Shown: piece after piece, positions 39,801-54,800 of the stretch
How positions within the stretch are numbered: position 1 is the stretch's first letter
Layout of the letters: each line of letters opens with the position of its first letter
Assembly: GCF_001949145.1 (NCBI RefSeq)
Contig: NW_019091360.1
Span: 3,470,864-3,534,863, forward strand
DNA length: 64,000 nt
Origin: Acanthaster planci
Lineage: Eukaryota
Reading direction: 5' to 3'
The notes under the pieces: generated by a model
Told to the model about the DNA's origin: nothing
The model's database searches: none
What the model saw: the letters and a program-made list of their open reading frames with translations, nothing else
Position numbers and translations under genes: made by a program

Positions 39801-42800
39801 TGGTGTTGGTGGTCATTTTTCTTCACTAACTGCTACTAGTTATTATTATACTGGTATTTATGTACACATGTCACACTTCTTAACTGATATAAACTGATAT
39901 AAACTAAGTTTTTCATTCATGGCAGTATTTGTTAAACTAGTAATTTTTTGGACGTAGGAAATTGTGTTGGAATTTTCTTTCGATAGATTGATAAATTATT
40001 GGTTAGATGTCCGGAAATGATCTGCAATAATTTTTGCAAACACTGTAAAAGTACAAAGCCATTGGCCAGTTTGAAAATTCCCAGCAGTAATCCATGAAAG
40101 AAAATGACAATTCTTAATCTGCAAAATGGAGTCACGCTAACATAGTTTACAGAAATTTGATTCTTCTTTAGCAGATCTGTGTATACTTTGATACTAAAGT
40201 AACCCAAAAATAATACTTTCACATCCTTCACAATCCATCTTGAGGTTTGTGAGGTTTTTGCGAGATTAAGAAGAGTGCAGACCAGATCACCATCACTTTA
40301 CAGTCACATGATGTCCCTTGAAAGTAAAAGAATGTACCATTGGTGTCCTGCACTATGAAGATCTCTGCAGGGAAAAAAAATCTGTGGGAGTTAAAGTTCA
40401 GAAGAAAAATATTTCTGTTGCTGTATTGAAGAGAAAAGTTCAATCATTTGTATTTTAGTGCTTTGTTTGCATACCTGTACTTGTATGACAATGGACATAA
40501 TGTCTTCACCCACCGATATACTGTAGTTAGTCCATATTTCGCTACTATCAGTGTTTATTGTTGACTGTCTGTCAATGATTACAGGAGGCAAGGACAAGAG
40601 AGGCGGTCCCATCATTTCTTTTCCTACCCAATCCTCCGAGGTTTCTTTGGAAGACATTGCCACATGTGTGTCTTATCTTGCCACTATACCAAGGTGAGGA
40701 AATTCAACAAGTTTCTTTTTAAAGGAGTTGTGAAAACAAACAAATGAAATGTGACATTCCCTCCCAATAAATGTATGATATGAGCACCATAATTTAAAAG
40801 GAAAAGGAAAACCTAGGAAGTGGAAAAAGTAAATATAACAGCTAACCGTTAATCAGAAATGTTGATTATTAAAGTGAATGTAGATTTCTTTGAGAAAATG
40901 TGATCCAGTCAGAAAAATTCATAACTGATGGGAAAAAATTAAAATCAAACATTTATAACTAGTCGCAGCCCAAAACTTGTTCACTTATTTCTGTCTTGCT
41001 GTTCCATCTTATGGACTGCATTTGTTTTCACTCTATCATCAAATCATAAAGCACAGACTGCTTTAGACTAGGCTAGGGACACAATCAAAGATTGCTGACA
41101 TCTGGCTTACGGTCATGTTCCCAGTCAAAGCATTGCATGCATGTCTTGGGAATGTGAAATCTTTCCGTGGAATAAGGCATGTTTGTCACAGCTAGTCTCT
41201 GTTGTGACTGTTTGCTATGGGCATAGTTGATTCCTGGCTTATAAGTGCCTGGTGTAACGTGATCTTTTGAAGTCACAAGAATGTTTTTTGCTTTGAAATA
41301 CTTGTTCGTGATGTATGAAATTGTGTACATACTTTCTCCATACACAGTTGTAACTTGTACACAGTGAACAGGTGCCCCAAGTTTGGTCTACAAAAGTCAA
41401 CTTTATAGGAAGCAGGAGTACCATTTGTGACTGGTTGACATTAGGGAAAGTGCCTTTCTTGTACATGTCACAGGCACTTCTTTTCCCAATCACTGGTCAG
41501 CAAACTATTGAGGGGGTCATCCGACGCCTCATAATTCCAACGCCTCGTAGGTCTTACGCCTCATAAGGCTGATAAATGCATTTAAAAGTTCCATTTTTTT
41601 TGCCCATGGCATAGAGCCAACGCCTCAAAACATCCAACGCCTCGAAAGTCCGATGTTTGATTTGACGCTCGTTACGAGCATATGAAGACGGAGCTAGGAA
41701 CAAGACTGGTTCCCGGTTTCAAGTTTGGTGTACTATTTATGACACACAGCGTCGTGTCACACAGGCTGACACTCCTCCATGTTCCACAGTCTATTGCACT
41801 GACGCCCTGTGTTATAAGTCCGACACCTCATTGGTCCGATGTTGGATTTGTGAGGCATTGGACCTTGGAGGCATCGGAAAAAAAATTGCCCACAAAACCC
41901 AATGGCTCATTACTCTGACGCCTCATTAGTCCGAAAATTCGGACTTTTGAGGCGTCGGACCTACATGTATGGGGCGTCGGACTTATGATACGCATCCTAT
42001 TGTGGGGGCGCTAAACAGAACTCAAACAAGTTTGAGAATGCTAATGTGTTCTTTTTTACACTTGATAAGCAAATAACACTACCCAAATCACTTGATAAAC
42101 CTTCCTCTTTACAACATGCCTAAAATATGCTTGTTTGCTCGGTGTTGATAGACAGAGGAAATGTCTATGAAGGTCTTTACTTATTGTGCTTGTGTTGTGT
42201 ATCAATCACACTGGTAGCATAATAAAAAGACACTGTGGGGGTGATTGCAACCTTTTCTGACTGGTTTTGCTGTGAGGTTGCATCACATTGAAAAGAGTTC
42301 CTCACAATTGCAGTATTCTTCAACACTGGTATTTTCTAATGGTTACAACAACATGGAGCCATTAACAACACCTTGTCCTCGTCATTTTTTATCTTTTGAC
42401 ATACCAGTCCAGTAAGACACCCCACTGTGTTATTTTAAGACTTAACCCAGCAAGGAACTCTTAATGTACATGTTTTTTCTTCCCATACCAGTTTCCTCTT
42501 TACCCAATGGGGGACCAGCTTCAAAGTGGCATTTTTATTGTGCTTAGTACCAACAGTAGTAAAACGCGCCTGGGAATTTACTGTTCTGTTTATCAGTGTG
42601 ATTGCCTTGGACAGGCACACACTGTTTGCAGCAAGGTCACCTTTGAATGGAATAATTTGATAGAATCACAGGTTTAAGCGGCAAACCTAAATAAACAGTG
42701 TGGAGCTCTTCAATTTCAGTAAATTATAGACATTGCAGGTTTATCTGATTTCCAGTCTTTTGAAAAAGCCATTAGAAACAAAAATCATATATTATGCAAC

Positions 42801-45800
42801 TTAGATTAGAATAATTATGAAAATAATTTTAAGCTTATAAATTATTTTATATGAAAGATTGATTTAGAATAGAGAAATAAAAGTTACTTGAACTTTTTAA
42901 ATATATATAAGGAATACATACTATTTCTGGATCTCCCCATGTTTGAACCTGTTTATTTTGAAGAATTCATGACATATGACCATGAATCACCACTTTATAA
43001 ATTTTGAAGCATATATTACAGGTTGCCTTAGTTTGCCTCCTTGCATAATTTCTCTTCTGGTAAGGATTCTTATCTTCCCTTTTTGCTGCATTTTGATCTT
43101 ATCACATCTCAATCAGAGACAGTATGCCTCAGTGCATCAGCCATTAATTACCATGGCAATTCTTGTGTTCATTTCAGTGAGGAGGCAAAAGACCATGGCT
43201 ACAGCATCATTGCTGACATGCGAACGTCCACCTGGCAGTCTCTCAAAGCTTTCTTTAAAGTGCTCCAGGTAACAAGTTAATGTATTAACTGATTATTGTC
43301 ATATATCAACTTCCTGTTTCTCTATCCATGGATCCTGTGCTCGTGTGGTTTTGCCACAAGGTCAGAAATGAGACTGTGCCTTGCCATAACATGCATGATG
43401 TTGTTATGAATGCATAGCATGAGTGAATGATATAATCTGTCAAAGAGCATTAATGTGGAATACCAGGAGGCACAGCAATAAAATCACCTGATTCGAACTT
43501 GGATTTTTTGTGCAAATTTGGTAAGTTTGGTCAGAACAATTCAGATTCATAGAGAACTGGTTATTCTACTGTTACTTAACCATTTCATCTTGGTTAGCAT
43601 TGATGAACATGTCTAGGATTTATCTCATACAGCTGCCGAAACTGCAGTGTTTAATTGGTAAAATGATACCCGTCCATTGAAGCAAAGCTGGATGATAGCT
43701 TGTACATAGATTAAACTTAAATATCTTTGAAGCATTACAAGAAGAGGCTACATAAGTGTATCAAACTCATAATTTTAAGCAGGCAATAAAATCTTTTAAA
43801 AGAAAAAGTCCCAGCTGTAACCTAACATATCAGGTGATTTGACAGAAGTTAACAGATTCCATTTTTGACTTTTGTGTTTGATTTTTTTGTTAGGAATCCA
43901 TACCCAGTGGGATACACTCTGTGTACGTGATCAAACCAGATGCTTTCTGGGAGAGCAAGCGGGCTAGCCTCAGCCTGAAGAAAGACAAGCCTCAGTATGG
44001 GTTTGAGGTAAGCAGACTAAGCCTAAGCCTGTGGAATGTTATCAGCTGGATCACAGTCCTCAGGTCGCAACTTTGCCTGGGGAGATTGTACAGAATCAAA
44101 ACCAACAGTTGTAATTCCTTTTAAGTCTTCCTGTAGGTTTGCATGTAACAAATGCCTCTGGCTTTTTTATCTCATTTGTTTTTTTTTCACAGACTCTGAT
44201 GTTATCCAATGTCTCCAAGCTGACAAAGTTTATTGATGCTAGAGAACTCACTGAAGACTTTGGTGGAACTTTGCCATACAACCATAACGAGTGGGTTCAG
44301 AACAGAATTGTAAGTACATGTACTGTGAGCTTGAAGTGCATTCCTTAAAATCGCCTTGGAACAGACAATTTTTTCCTTCATTAATTGATCTTTAGGTATT
44401 CAGAAACTGTCAACAAAACTCTTTCAAATTTTGTAGAATATGTATAGAGACTTTATCTTTGAATCTGTAACTTCATTCCAAGAAGTTGTTGCGATGTTGT
44501 GATCAATTTCCATTTCCATATCTTATTGTTTCTGCAGGACTTTGAGAAATTCTTGAAGGATTCAGAGGTGGTTCAGCATCGTTTTGACCAGGCAGATGAG
44601 GAAGTACTGTACAGACGACGAGATGAGCAGCTGACTCCAGAAGATCTCCTGAGAAGGCAGAGAAGGCTTCGCGAGGTGGTCATCAACCAGCCTAGCAGTG
44701 TCTTGCAACTTGGTAGGTTCGAGAAGGGTTACTAGTCAACTTGTGATGGTCTAGTTCATTGAAGATACTTGTATGCATGGATATATCTATGTGATGGCAT
44801 CCTTTCTAGTATTTTCTGTTCACAGAGTTTGTATTAAAGGTTTATTTTGATTTCATATGGGGTATTTTGCCCTTCACTGACCTGTATTCATAAACATTTT
44901 GTACTCTGTACTAAGTACCAGTGCAATGTCCTAACCACTCGGCCACAAGTCTTTGCATCGGATGGCCAGAGTGTAAGTCAAATGAGCAATGCAGGCACAA
45001 TGCGAAACGGTGCAACAAGAAAAATGATACACTGTGTCTCTTGAAAGGGTGCAGCTGTGTATTCTTGAGCTTGAGATGAAATACTCAGCATTGTTTTAAT
45101 ATTTATTCCTATCCACTCTTTATGATTGTTGATTTCATACAGCACTGGTAGATTAGGGTTAACTTATTCCGCAAACTGTTGTTCTGAGATTTGGAAGAAT
45201 CTTGTGAATAATTCCATCTTCAGGACATGCATTATTGAGACGTATCAAGGAGGACAGTGAGTCTGGTTTCCGGCGCAACTCCAACGAAGGTCTGACGGAG
45301 GACCAGGTCAGACTCAAGGGCCAGCTGGAGCAAGTCTTGGAGGAGCTCCAGGAGAGGCAGAGCAAGCTGAAGATCTACCTGAGTGAGAAGGACAGAGAGC
45401 TGGGGGTAAACATGGACCTGAGTGACCTGGAGACAGGAATTAAGAAGGTAAAGGGGAAGATCAAGGAACTTTGACATAGTTAGGTTTCAGGTATTGAGGT
45501 TAAAATGAGAGATTTCTTTTGACTTAAATTTTTTACCCCCTAAAATATTTTGACAAGTGTAATACCAGTGGCCCTTCTAAATCGTCAAACCAAATGAGAT
45601 GTAAAATCCCAGTGTTAAAATCTTGTTAACTCTAACAGTTCTGCATACAATTTGGCTTGCAATACTCACTACTACAAAATACCAAGTAGTAGCCTGAGCC
45701 TGAAGGACCTAGCGCTACAAATTACCACTTCTGGCTAGGGCACCCTCCATTGTTACTCGTACAGAGAACAATAAAGTTGTGCATTCATAGTGCCAGAGCA

Positions 45801-48800
45801 CAGTATGGTCCATTCTCTTATCTATTATATTTTATGGCTTCAGTGACCAATAAGATTATATCCTCTTACAAGCGACAGTGTGGAATACTACATTTTACAC
45901 TAAATAGTACTTTGTAGTATTCAGGACTGTTTAGGGTTTATAAAGATTAGACTGGTGCAAGTTGCTTACCCACAAGAATGTCCTGAAAAACACATTTTAA
46001 AAGCAGGAAGAGGTCCAACATAATTATTTTTCCTTACTAAATGGTTCTATTATTTCAGGATCTTTTAACTCAACGCCATATGCCTATTAAGTCAACTTCC
46101 AGAACCTTTTTTTTTGGGGGGGGGGATATTTATGTAGCAGAAGTGAGTTAACTTTATGTGTGTGATGACTGTTTTCTTGTTCAGGTGGTTGATTGGATTG
46201 TTGGTCCCGGTGAGAAGCTCTTGGCATCACAGGTTGACATTGGGGACTCGCTGGCCGCTGCTGATCAACTCAGGAGGGAGCATGAAAAACTGGAACTGAA
46301 ATGCACTGTGAGTCAAGAGAAAGTCCGCCAACAGTCAGGTTCCCGTGGAAGCTTTTCTAAGAAATGAACGGATTAATTGCAATGCGGCTTTAATACGGGC
46401 GATTCACAATACAGCGCATCACCTAGAGTTTGCTGCAGATAGGCCACTTTTCAAGTTTGTGGTTGACACATAATTGGGGATATTTGATTGATTGAGGAGT
46501 TCCCTGCACAACACAAAACCATCATTTGGACTACCTAACACCCACTTGCAATAAGCAATTTTGAATTTTCAACCAAGATGAACAAACATTTGGAAATATT
46601 CAAGTTTTCCACGCGCAGCGCAGTTAGTGAATGAGACTTTGTTGACTATTTATCCCACAAGCACTGAGAAAAGGCCTCTCTGTGGCAACCTCTAGATGGC
46701 ACACTGCATTGTGAGTTGCCAGTATTGCTGTTGCCCAAAGAGTCATTTCATGAACCTCATTATTAATGGCTCAGAACACGAAAGTGTTTGATCTTTACAG
46801 TTACAGGTTTTTGAAGCCATCTTGATTATATTTGGAGAATCAGCTTGTGAAATGTTTTGGGCCTTGTACTTGTGTAATTGTTGAAGTTCCAGTACTCATT
46901 TGATTGGCCCTTGTTCAAGAAACGGTCAAGATTGGCCGCAGGGTCAAGAAAATAATACTCCAAATATTATCTTCAGGAGATGGAATTGTCTTCAGTACAC
47001 TTTTTGTCTGTTATTTTCGCAGTTAACAGACCATTTGATAAGAAACATAACAGCCATTGTTCTTCTCGATTAGGACACCTACGGCAACTTTGCTGAGTTG
47101 AGACATGTAGCAGACAGCATGATCAAGCAGGGTCACCCCAGGGCTGATGACATCAGTGCCCAGAAAGAATTCATGGAAACTGTCTGCCGGAGTTATGCCT
47201 CCAGACTGGAGAAAAGAAGGAACCTGTTGATCTGCTCTGTACGCTTCCATCGTCTGGCAGAAGAGGTATACCTTCAACCCTAACCCCTTAAAAGCCTCTC
47301 TGAATCTGCCAAAATTCAACCCAGTGCACATTCCTGTGGCACATTTATTGGGCTCAGATGGAATGAGTCAGTTGGGTCTTTCAGACCAGCAAGGCCAATC
47401 GGGAACAGAGTACCTTACATCACACCAGCTGAGAAACATTTAGTGCATGTGAGTTGATGTAGGCTGCGCTGACACGGCTGACCTTCTGTTGCTGATTGAT
47501 GTTCTTAAACGACCTTTAACGTGCTTCATTTTGAGTATGTGCTGTTAAACTGGCTGATTGGCACACTCATTCTTTACAGCAAGCTGGAAGACCATAAAGT
47601 GTGGAAGCTACTGAAAGAAGGCAAAAGAAAGCTGTGTCAGATTTGGGTTAATTGGGAAGGCTTAAGGTGGAGTTGTAATCTGGTGACAAGTTAGTCACAC
47701 ATCAACTTTCAATTAAGTCTTACACTTTTTGTTTGAGTTTTATTATTCCTTATTCATCCCAATTTACCTCGATACTTGTGACCTGATTTATGATAACACT
47801 TGTGATGAACTACATACATTAGTGAATGGCTGCATATTCACCTCACAGTTGGTGACCATTTTGTACTTCAATTACACCCAAGTCTTGTCATATCACCAGG
47901 CACATTTTAATCAGTAAAACTACAGATTACAGATATAAATTATTTAACCTTGTTTTACGGTTATTGTGTTTTGAACTAGTGCTTTGGTAAGATGGACATT
48001 CTTCTAGAGCTGTGTGTGACTGAAATATCCATTGAGACAGTCGAGATGGTTGAGATTGCCTTGAGAGAACTGACAGAGCAATGTGAGGCAGTGGGTAAGT
48101 CCAGTTAGCTATTGCAAGAAGTTGTTTCCCATGATTGTGTACTTTATATTAAATGTCATATTTATGTGAATGATACCATGATTTTCCTTCCTGCATTGTT
48201 TTGGGTTCAAAAACTGTTCAGTGTTTTTTACGAGTAGTTTGGTTTTGCATTATTCAGAAATACTGCAAGTCTTTTTTTTTAAATATTTTGTCGTCCGAAG
48301 CCTTTGCAGCAGAGGGAAGTAAGGAGGAAGGTCACTCCCTCCTGAGCATGATGTCTCTTCTGGTCAAGAACGCCTTTGGCAAGGACATCACGCCCAACTA
48401 CACCAAGCAGAAGGACCATGTCGATGAACTCCTGGCTGAACTGGAGGGGCGCAAGGCACGATGCGATGAGATGTCCGACATGAGGAAACTCAAGCTGCAG
48501 CAGATCTTACAGCTCAGGACATGCGAAAGGGACGCTGATCAGGTGGGTGGGAGGGGGTTGTTTGAGTTTGATAAACATCATATCAAATCGTGCTTTCTTT
48601 GTACACGATCTCCTTCAAAAGAGAAGGTCGACAGTTGAATGGCATTCATGCTGTTCACCCAGCAAAGACTCCATTTGGAGACCCCAGGGATTTGTGCACA
48701 TTCGTACGAAATTTGCCAGCACTCATTGCCGTAGACACTCAATCCACTCAATGTGTGTCATGTACTTACCTGATGATACGGTTTGAGGTAATCAAGTGCT

Positions 48801-51800
48801 GTCACTTTGGTATGTGGAGTTCGTATCAGTGTGGCGACTTGCTGATTTCAGAAAACCCCAATATCTGCCTATAAAAACCTAGAAAACTCTAGATTTACGC
48901 AGTCACATGCACGTGTTGTTGTTTCAGTATTTCTAACAGGTAAATTTCATTTACAGTTTGTTGACAGTGGCAATGCTGATCTGTAGGCACTGTCACTTCC
49001 AGTGGTGGTAATGTCAATCCAACCCCCTGATCATTTTGTCTTGCTGTAGGCCATAGAGTGGCTGCAGGAATTGCTGCAGGTGATGCTTTCACAGCATATC
49101 GACATTGGCCGCTCAGCAGCAGAAGCTGAAAACCTGCGTAAGGAACACAACAAATTTGAAGACACCGCCAGGGTAAGTGTTAGTTCTTTCTAAAGAATTT
49201 ATATTTGCAAGTTGCCATTGCTTCAGGTCCAGATTCCATGCTATTGTTTCCCCAAATATATCATATGGATGGGATGTGTTTCAAAAACAGGTTTATCCAA
49301 AGTGAGTATTTCTGTAGAAAAAGGGAATTTGGAACCCTCTCTCTCCTTGCATCCTGATAAGAAGAGACGAGTAGTGCAGCCTTTTGTAAGGCACAAGTAT
49401 TGGGACATTCTCTAGTCCTCTTCTTCGTTAAATAAACTCGTCTCGTTTTCTTCTTGTCTTGTGCTCAGGGCACATACAACTATGGCAAGGAACTTCTGAG
49501 TGCTGCCCTCGTGCTGAGACGATCCCTCCGTTTTGACCCTGAACCCAACCACGAGAAAGCCCAAATCCTGGAGAGAGCCTGGAGGAGGTTCTCACAAGGT
49601 CTTGGAGAGAGGGCTTCCAGGCTGTCGGTGTCGCACATGTTCCAGCGAAATGCTGAGAGGGTAAGCTTTAAGAAAGTCATAATCACCACGATATCTTCAC
49701 TGAATGAAGTATGAACGGAAAGCACATACATTTGCTCAAATTCTTTCTTACAAAAGTTAAGAAATGGGTGTTTTTCACTTCATGTGGTTAATTAGACACA
49801 ATTCATGAATGATAATGGTAGTGAGAAATAGGTATGTGGTAATATGGCCCAATTTACTTTCACATGACTCATGGAGTAGTAATAAGTTGCATTATCCAAA
49901 CCCAGCATAAGGTTGATACTCTTAGAGTCCATGCTGTTAACATTGACCATTCCATAAAAGATAGACATTATCTTATCAATTATTGGAATCTTAATTGCCT
50001 GTAAGAATTAGGCTCAAGCTGAATCACATAAAGCTAAAATGCTCTTCCACAAATCATGAGCTGATTGGCTTCTTCTTCACAGTTGGTTGATCAGATGGAC
50101 AGGATTTGCCTGGAGCTTGCTCCCCAGATCACCTCCTCTGACCCTCACACCAGCCGCAGACTTCTAAACGCTTACAGCCCACGACGTGACTCATTGTTGA
50201 GGGAGTACGGAGATACCATGGCCATGGGCAAAGCTTTGCTGGATCGCATGGTACTGCCTGTTCTCTCACCTGACAGGTAAGGGCAAAAACTGGAGCCAAT
50301 GTCATCGAGTTTACAATTAATATACTGAGACTCTGCAAAATAGCAGGCAGTCACAGGTCCTTCCTTAAGCCTTTTCCCAAGGTTTGAATTTGTGAACAAA
50401 TGAAGAAATTGCTGCCTTCAGCGTCATATCATAAGCTTTTTTTTTTCCTTACTTGTATTCGACAGGTAACAATGGCTTCTATGCAAATCTTTTCTGCACT
50501 TTGTAGCTTTTTGCACCGCATGTTTGCACAGCATCCTTTAAATGAATCTGGAGTCATCTTTATATGCTTTTGCTAAGTTGCATTTCATTGAGCAGGGATT
50601 TTGGAATTAAAATCATCAGGAATTGTAAGTGTTGATGAACACAGTGCCCCATCTCACTGAAGTCCTGAAAGATGTAATTCTACTGTTTATCATGAACCTG
50701 AAAGGATTTATTTTTAAAAAGACCAAAGGTCTCACTTTTATATGATTTCACTGCAGATGTGTTAAAGGGAATGGATTTTTTTATGGCATTAGGTTGTTGA
50801 AATCGTAGGATGGTTAATTGAAAAATTTTAAGAAAAGCAGTTAATGCAAATTCAAGAAAATGTTTATACACTTTTCTTCTGGTTTTTCCTTTTTTTTGTA
50901 CCAGAACTGTTCGGTCTCCTAGCTCCAGTTTTCCTGATGAGCTGCAACCACAGGTCAACAACATCCGTCAGAAATTGTCTGAGCTAGAGGCCAAAAAACG
51001 AGAGATGGACAAAATCTGGGGGCTTCCAGTCAGCTCACCCGAGTGGCAGCGGTCTGGATCTTATCGGTCCATCCCTGATTGGCAGGAGGTCACTCAAAGG
51101 GAAGATGTGATGGAACCGGTGACTCGGACACGACAGGAAGGCAGCCAGATGTCACCGAGCAGGAGAGTGCCATCGTCTGAGAGACTGGATCCCAGACGAG
51201 TTGCCTCTCTTACTGGAAGAATGCCTCAGAGTAACGGACGGATGGGTCCGGGACTGGACAGGATGGATACATCCCCAAGTAGACCCTACGGACAACACCC
51301 AGGTGCTTCAGACAGGTCTCCTCAAAGGATGACCTCACCCCATGATAGCTTGTCTTCCCCCCACAATCGAGTGTCTTCCCCTCACGATCGCATGTCTTCC
51401 CCCAACAATCGCATGACCTCTCCTCATGACCGTTCTGCTTCACCCAGTGCAAGAATAGCCCCACCTGTCAGGGCAACTGCTCACCCAGGTGCTGTGGACG
51501 AACCCATCCGCCCAGTGGCTGTCAGCCAGGTTCAGACAGCCTCTCCTGCATTCCAGCCACCACCACCTAACGGTAGGATGTCTCCTTCCCCCACTGAAAG
51601 AGTCAGTAGTCAGTCGTCTGCACCACAGCTACAGAGGAAGGATACAGCAGAAGATGAAGCGATGAAAAAGCTTGAGGAATTTGAAGCCTTAGTACATGAG
51701 GTAAGTGACAAAAGCTCTGTCTATAGACTCCTAGCAGGAACATGAGATGACATTATTTTGCTATTGACGGCAGTCGAGATTAAGTTAACAAGGGGATTTT

Positions 51801-54800
51801 TCTGTGAGAGTTGAGCAATGAAATGACTCGGAGTATAGTACAGCACTAAACACAGCATAATCTCCATTGTAAGTTGAGCACCCTGTCAATACAAAGCCAA
51901 TCAGTGTTGGCGATGACCATTGCAAGACCAGTCTCAAGACCACTCATGACAGTGACCAAGAAGTGCTGATGTTGCAGTTCACTTTTATTATGAATCCAGA
52001 CATTAGGTCTTGTTTCGGTCTTGTGATGTTTATATGGGTTCTTGTAAAGGTTTGAAGGAGTCTCAACTACGACATTGGAGCCGATCATCATGTTCATCTG
52101 TGAAGCATAATGGCCTCAAAACTGACAAGATGATTTTGTCCAAATCTGGAAAAAAGTTTAATAAGTCAGTGCTCTTTTACATGTGCATGTGAGTAATTTG
52201 TTGAGTATTCAAAGGGATTTAATGGAATAAGGAATTGCATAACAATTTTTTGGTGTAGAGCATCATTTGGTTTGGTTTGTAGTAATTCTCCATTTTGGCC
52301 CTGTCACTGAAAGATTCATGTTTAATGTAGGCATGCCTTGTGAGATGGTTGGAACAGGTATTAGTGGTTACAGTAGGTCTAGATTTTTCTTGCTGGACGT
52401 GGATCTTGTATTTGTCGCTAATCTGTCCACACATTCTACTATTACAGCGCATTCCCACTTGAATTGGGAAAAGGTGGATCTGAATAACCCAGCATGTTGG
52501 TGTAATCGCTATCTTACCGCAATGAAACCGCAAGTCGCGTTCCCACTGGCACTTGATCCACCTGTCAGATGGTAATGTTGAGCCCAAAGGTCACTGAGTT
52601 CGGTATTGGGCATGTGCTAGCTTGCTGAGCACGCGCTCTGTGGCAGTGTGGCATGCAGGGGCGGCATGTGTGTGACCTTGCGGTGTTTTGGGTGCGGAGT
52701 TCTACCATGGAGGAATAAAACATGGTTCTACTGACGTGACGACCTTGAATCGGACCGAATGTTCAGCCTAGTACGTTGTCTCTTCAAACTTTGCTTCCAT
52801 TTTTGATATTCTGTCACACGCTGCGGGCTATACGCTAACATGGAATTAGTTTTTGATGGAAAGCAAGTGAAATTACACAAATGAAAAATTTGAGAAATGG
52901 ACGAATGCGCAATGAAAATTGTGAAAGGGCAAGGTACACATTGCGGCATGTTAAAAATTTCACATGAGCTACACGCCAAAAAACGTATTTCTTTGTTCAT
53001 CCGACCGTAAAAGTTTTGCGCCACTGGACGGATGTAGGCAGGTCAAATTGCCGGATCAGATCCACCTTTTGCGTTCCCATCTGATCGTGATCTGCCAATT
53101 GCAGGATCTGATCTACCAATTGGGGGATCTGTATCCTGCTCCAGAGGAGGATCAAGAAAGGTGGATCTGATCCTGATCCACCTTATAACTGTTAGCATTC
53201 CCACTACACACAATTGGGGGATCTGATCCACCAATTGGGGGATCTGATCCGGCAATTTGGCAAAAGGTGGATCAGGTGGAACGGGCTGTTACATTATCTA
53301 CTGTACAAAGTGGCTGCATGCCCTGCCGCATAAAATAATGCTGCTTGGCCATTTGTTATGGTTAGATGTGTGTATGTATGCCTTTGGAAAATAGTCATTC
53401 AGATTTCTCTTCTGGTGAACACAACATTAAAGATCCTGCTCATTTGTACATTGTTTGAATGAACTGCTCCAGTCAAACACATGAGTGCACACATACATGT
53501 ACATGTGGAATGCACATGTCTATTTGTGCATGTGACAATACTATGTAATAAGCTTGAGTGCTTCAATAGAAGGCCCCTTGCAAATCTTTTGGGTCAATAT
53601 TACCGACTGCTTTCACCAGAGCGGTTTGTTTAATCTCCTAATCAGCATGACATCTATATTACATGTACATGTAAACCAGTATGGTCTCTTGTGTTGTATG
53701 TTGGAGCAGGTCTACACTGATGGAGTCAGTTCAGAGAACGTGATCCAAGATTTCAGGTTTCAAGATAAAACTGTTCCTACAAAAAAAATTCCCTCCTCTT
53801 CAACATACATTTGATCAAATACTGACAGTTGGTGGCGCTATTCCAATCAACTGCACAAGTTTTTTAGAACCAATCGACATCCACATCAAGTGGTGCCCTG
53901 CAGTTGATATTGGAGTAAATGGATTGTAAATCTGTTAAAAGACTTTTGCAGAAATAGCGTATCATTAGGATTTAAGATCTTAAGTGATTTATGAGTAAGT
54001 AGAACCATCTAAGATTCTTAGATTCTTAATAGATCAGTCAACTTTTTTCATTTCCAGTGGAAATTTCCTCATGAAGGACACATCCTGTGTTTCATTAGAA
54101 TTCCAGGATGTCGGGGTTACGTAACTTAATGGAATTTGAGACTTCTCAATAAGTAAATCTTCCTCTTTGCCAACTAATCAGCCCATTGCTTTATTTTGGA
54201 ATATTTTTCTTGTATCGAACTGGTTGAATTCTTTTGTATTTTTATATTGTCAAGGAATTCCTCCTTGTGCAATGCTCTTTTTTCTTGTGATACGGGATGT
54301 CAAACGGTAAATACAAAGGCTTCAGAATTATTACCTGAAGTCCAAATGTTTGGCCTCAGCCAGGCCATCTTATTAATAAACATTCCAGAGAAACCCAACT
54401 CTTTAGCTCTTTTCATGCCTATCCACCCTTCATGAATAATGGTTGGTCCCGCCATTGACACCAGAGTCAATTGGCAAACACAGCCCAACAAACTGAAAAT
54501 TGGCAAGCTGGTGCTTTGCAGAGAGACTTAACAATCTGCTGTGGGCCTGCCAAGGAGTATAGCTATAGCAAGTCATGAAACAAGAGCACAGAGAGTGAAA
54601 ATGGAACACCTTCAACTTGTGCAAATCTAGGAGAGCTCCATCCTTGCTGTATTGGTGTACCACACTGTGCTTGTGTTTGTACCATCACATCAACACCGAG
54701 CTGTATCATCCCTCCCCCCACTCCATCAGCCAATCAGGGACAGCACAGCACTGGTCTAGCTAAATATGGCTTGGCCTCCCCACTAGGAGGGCAGCTTGAC

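Noticed and set aside
41512..41997. CRISPR-like repeat-spacer array
   Set aside because: Units are short, irregular and inverted at one end, in a eukaryotic intron. They fit transposon sub-terminal repeats.
54779..54796. CTCF site in the internal promoter
   Set aside because: CCACTAGGAGGGCAG has an extra base relative to the consensus spacing.
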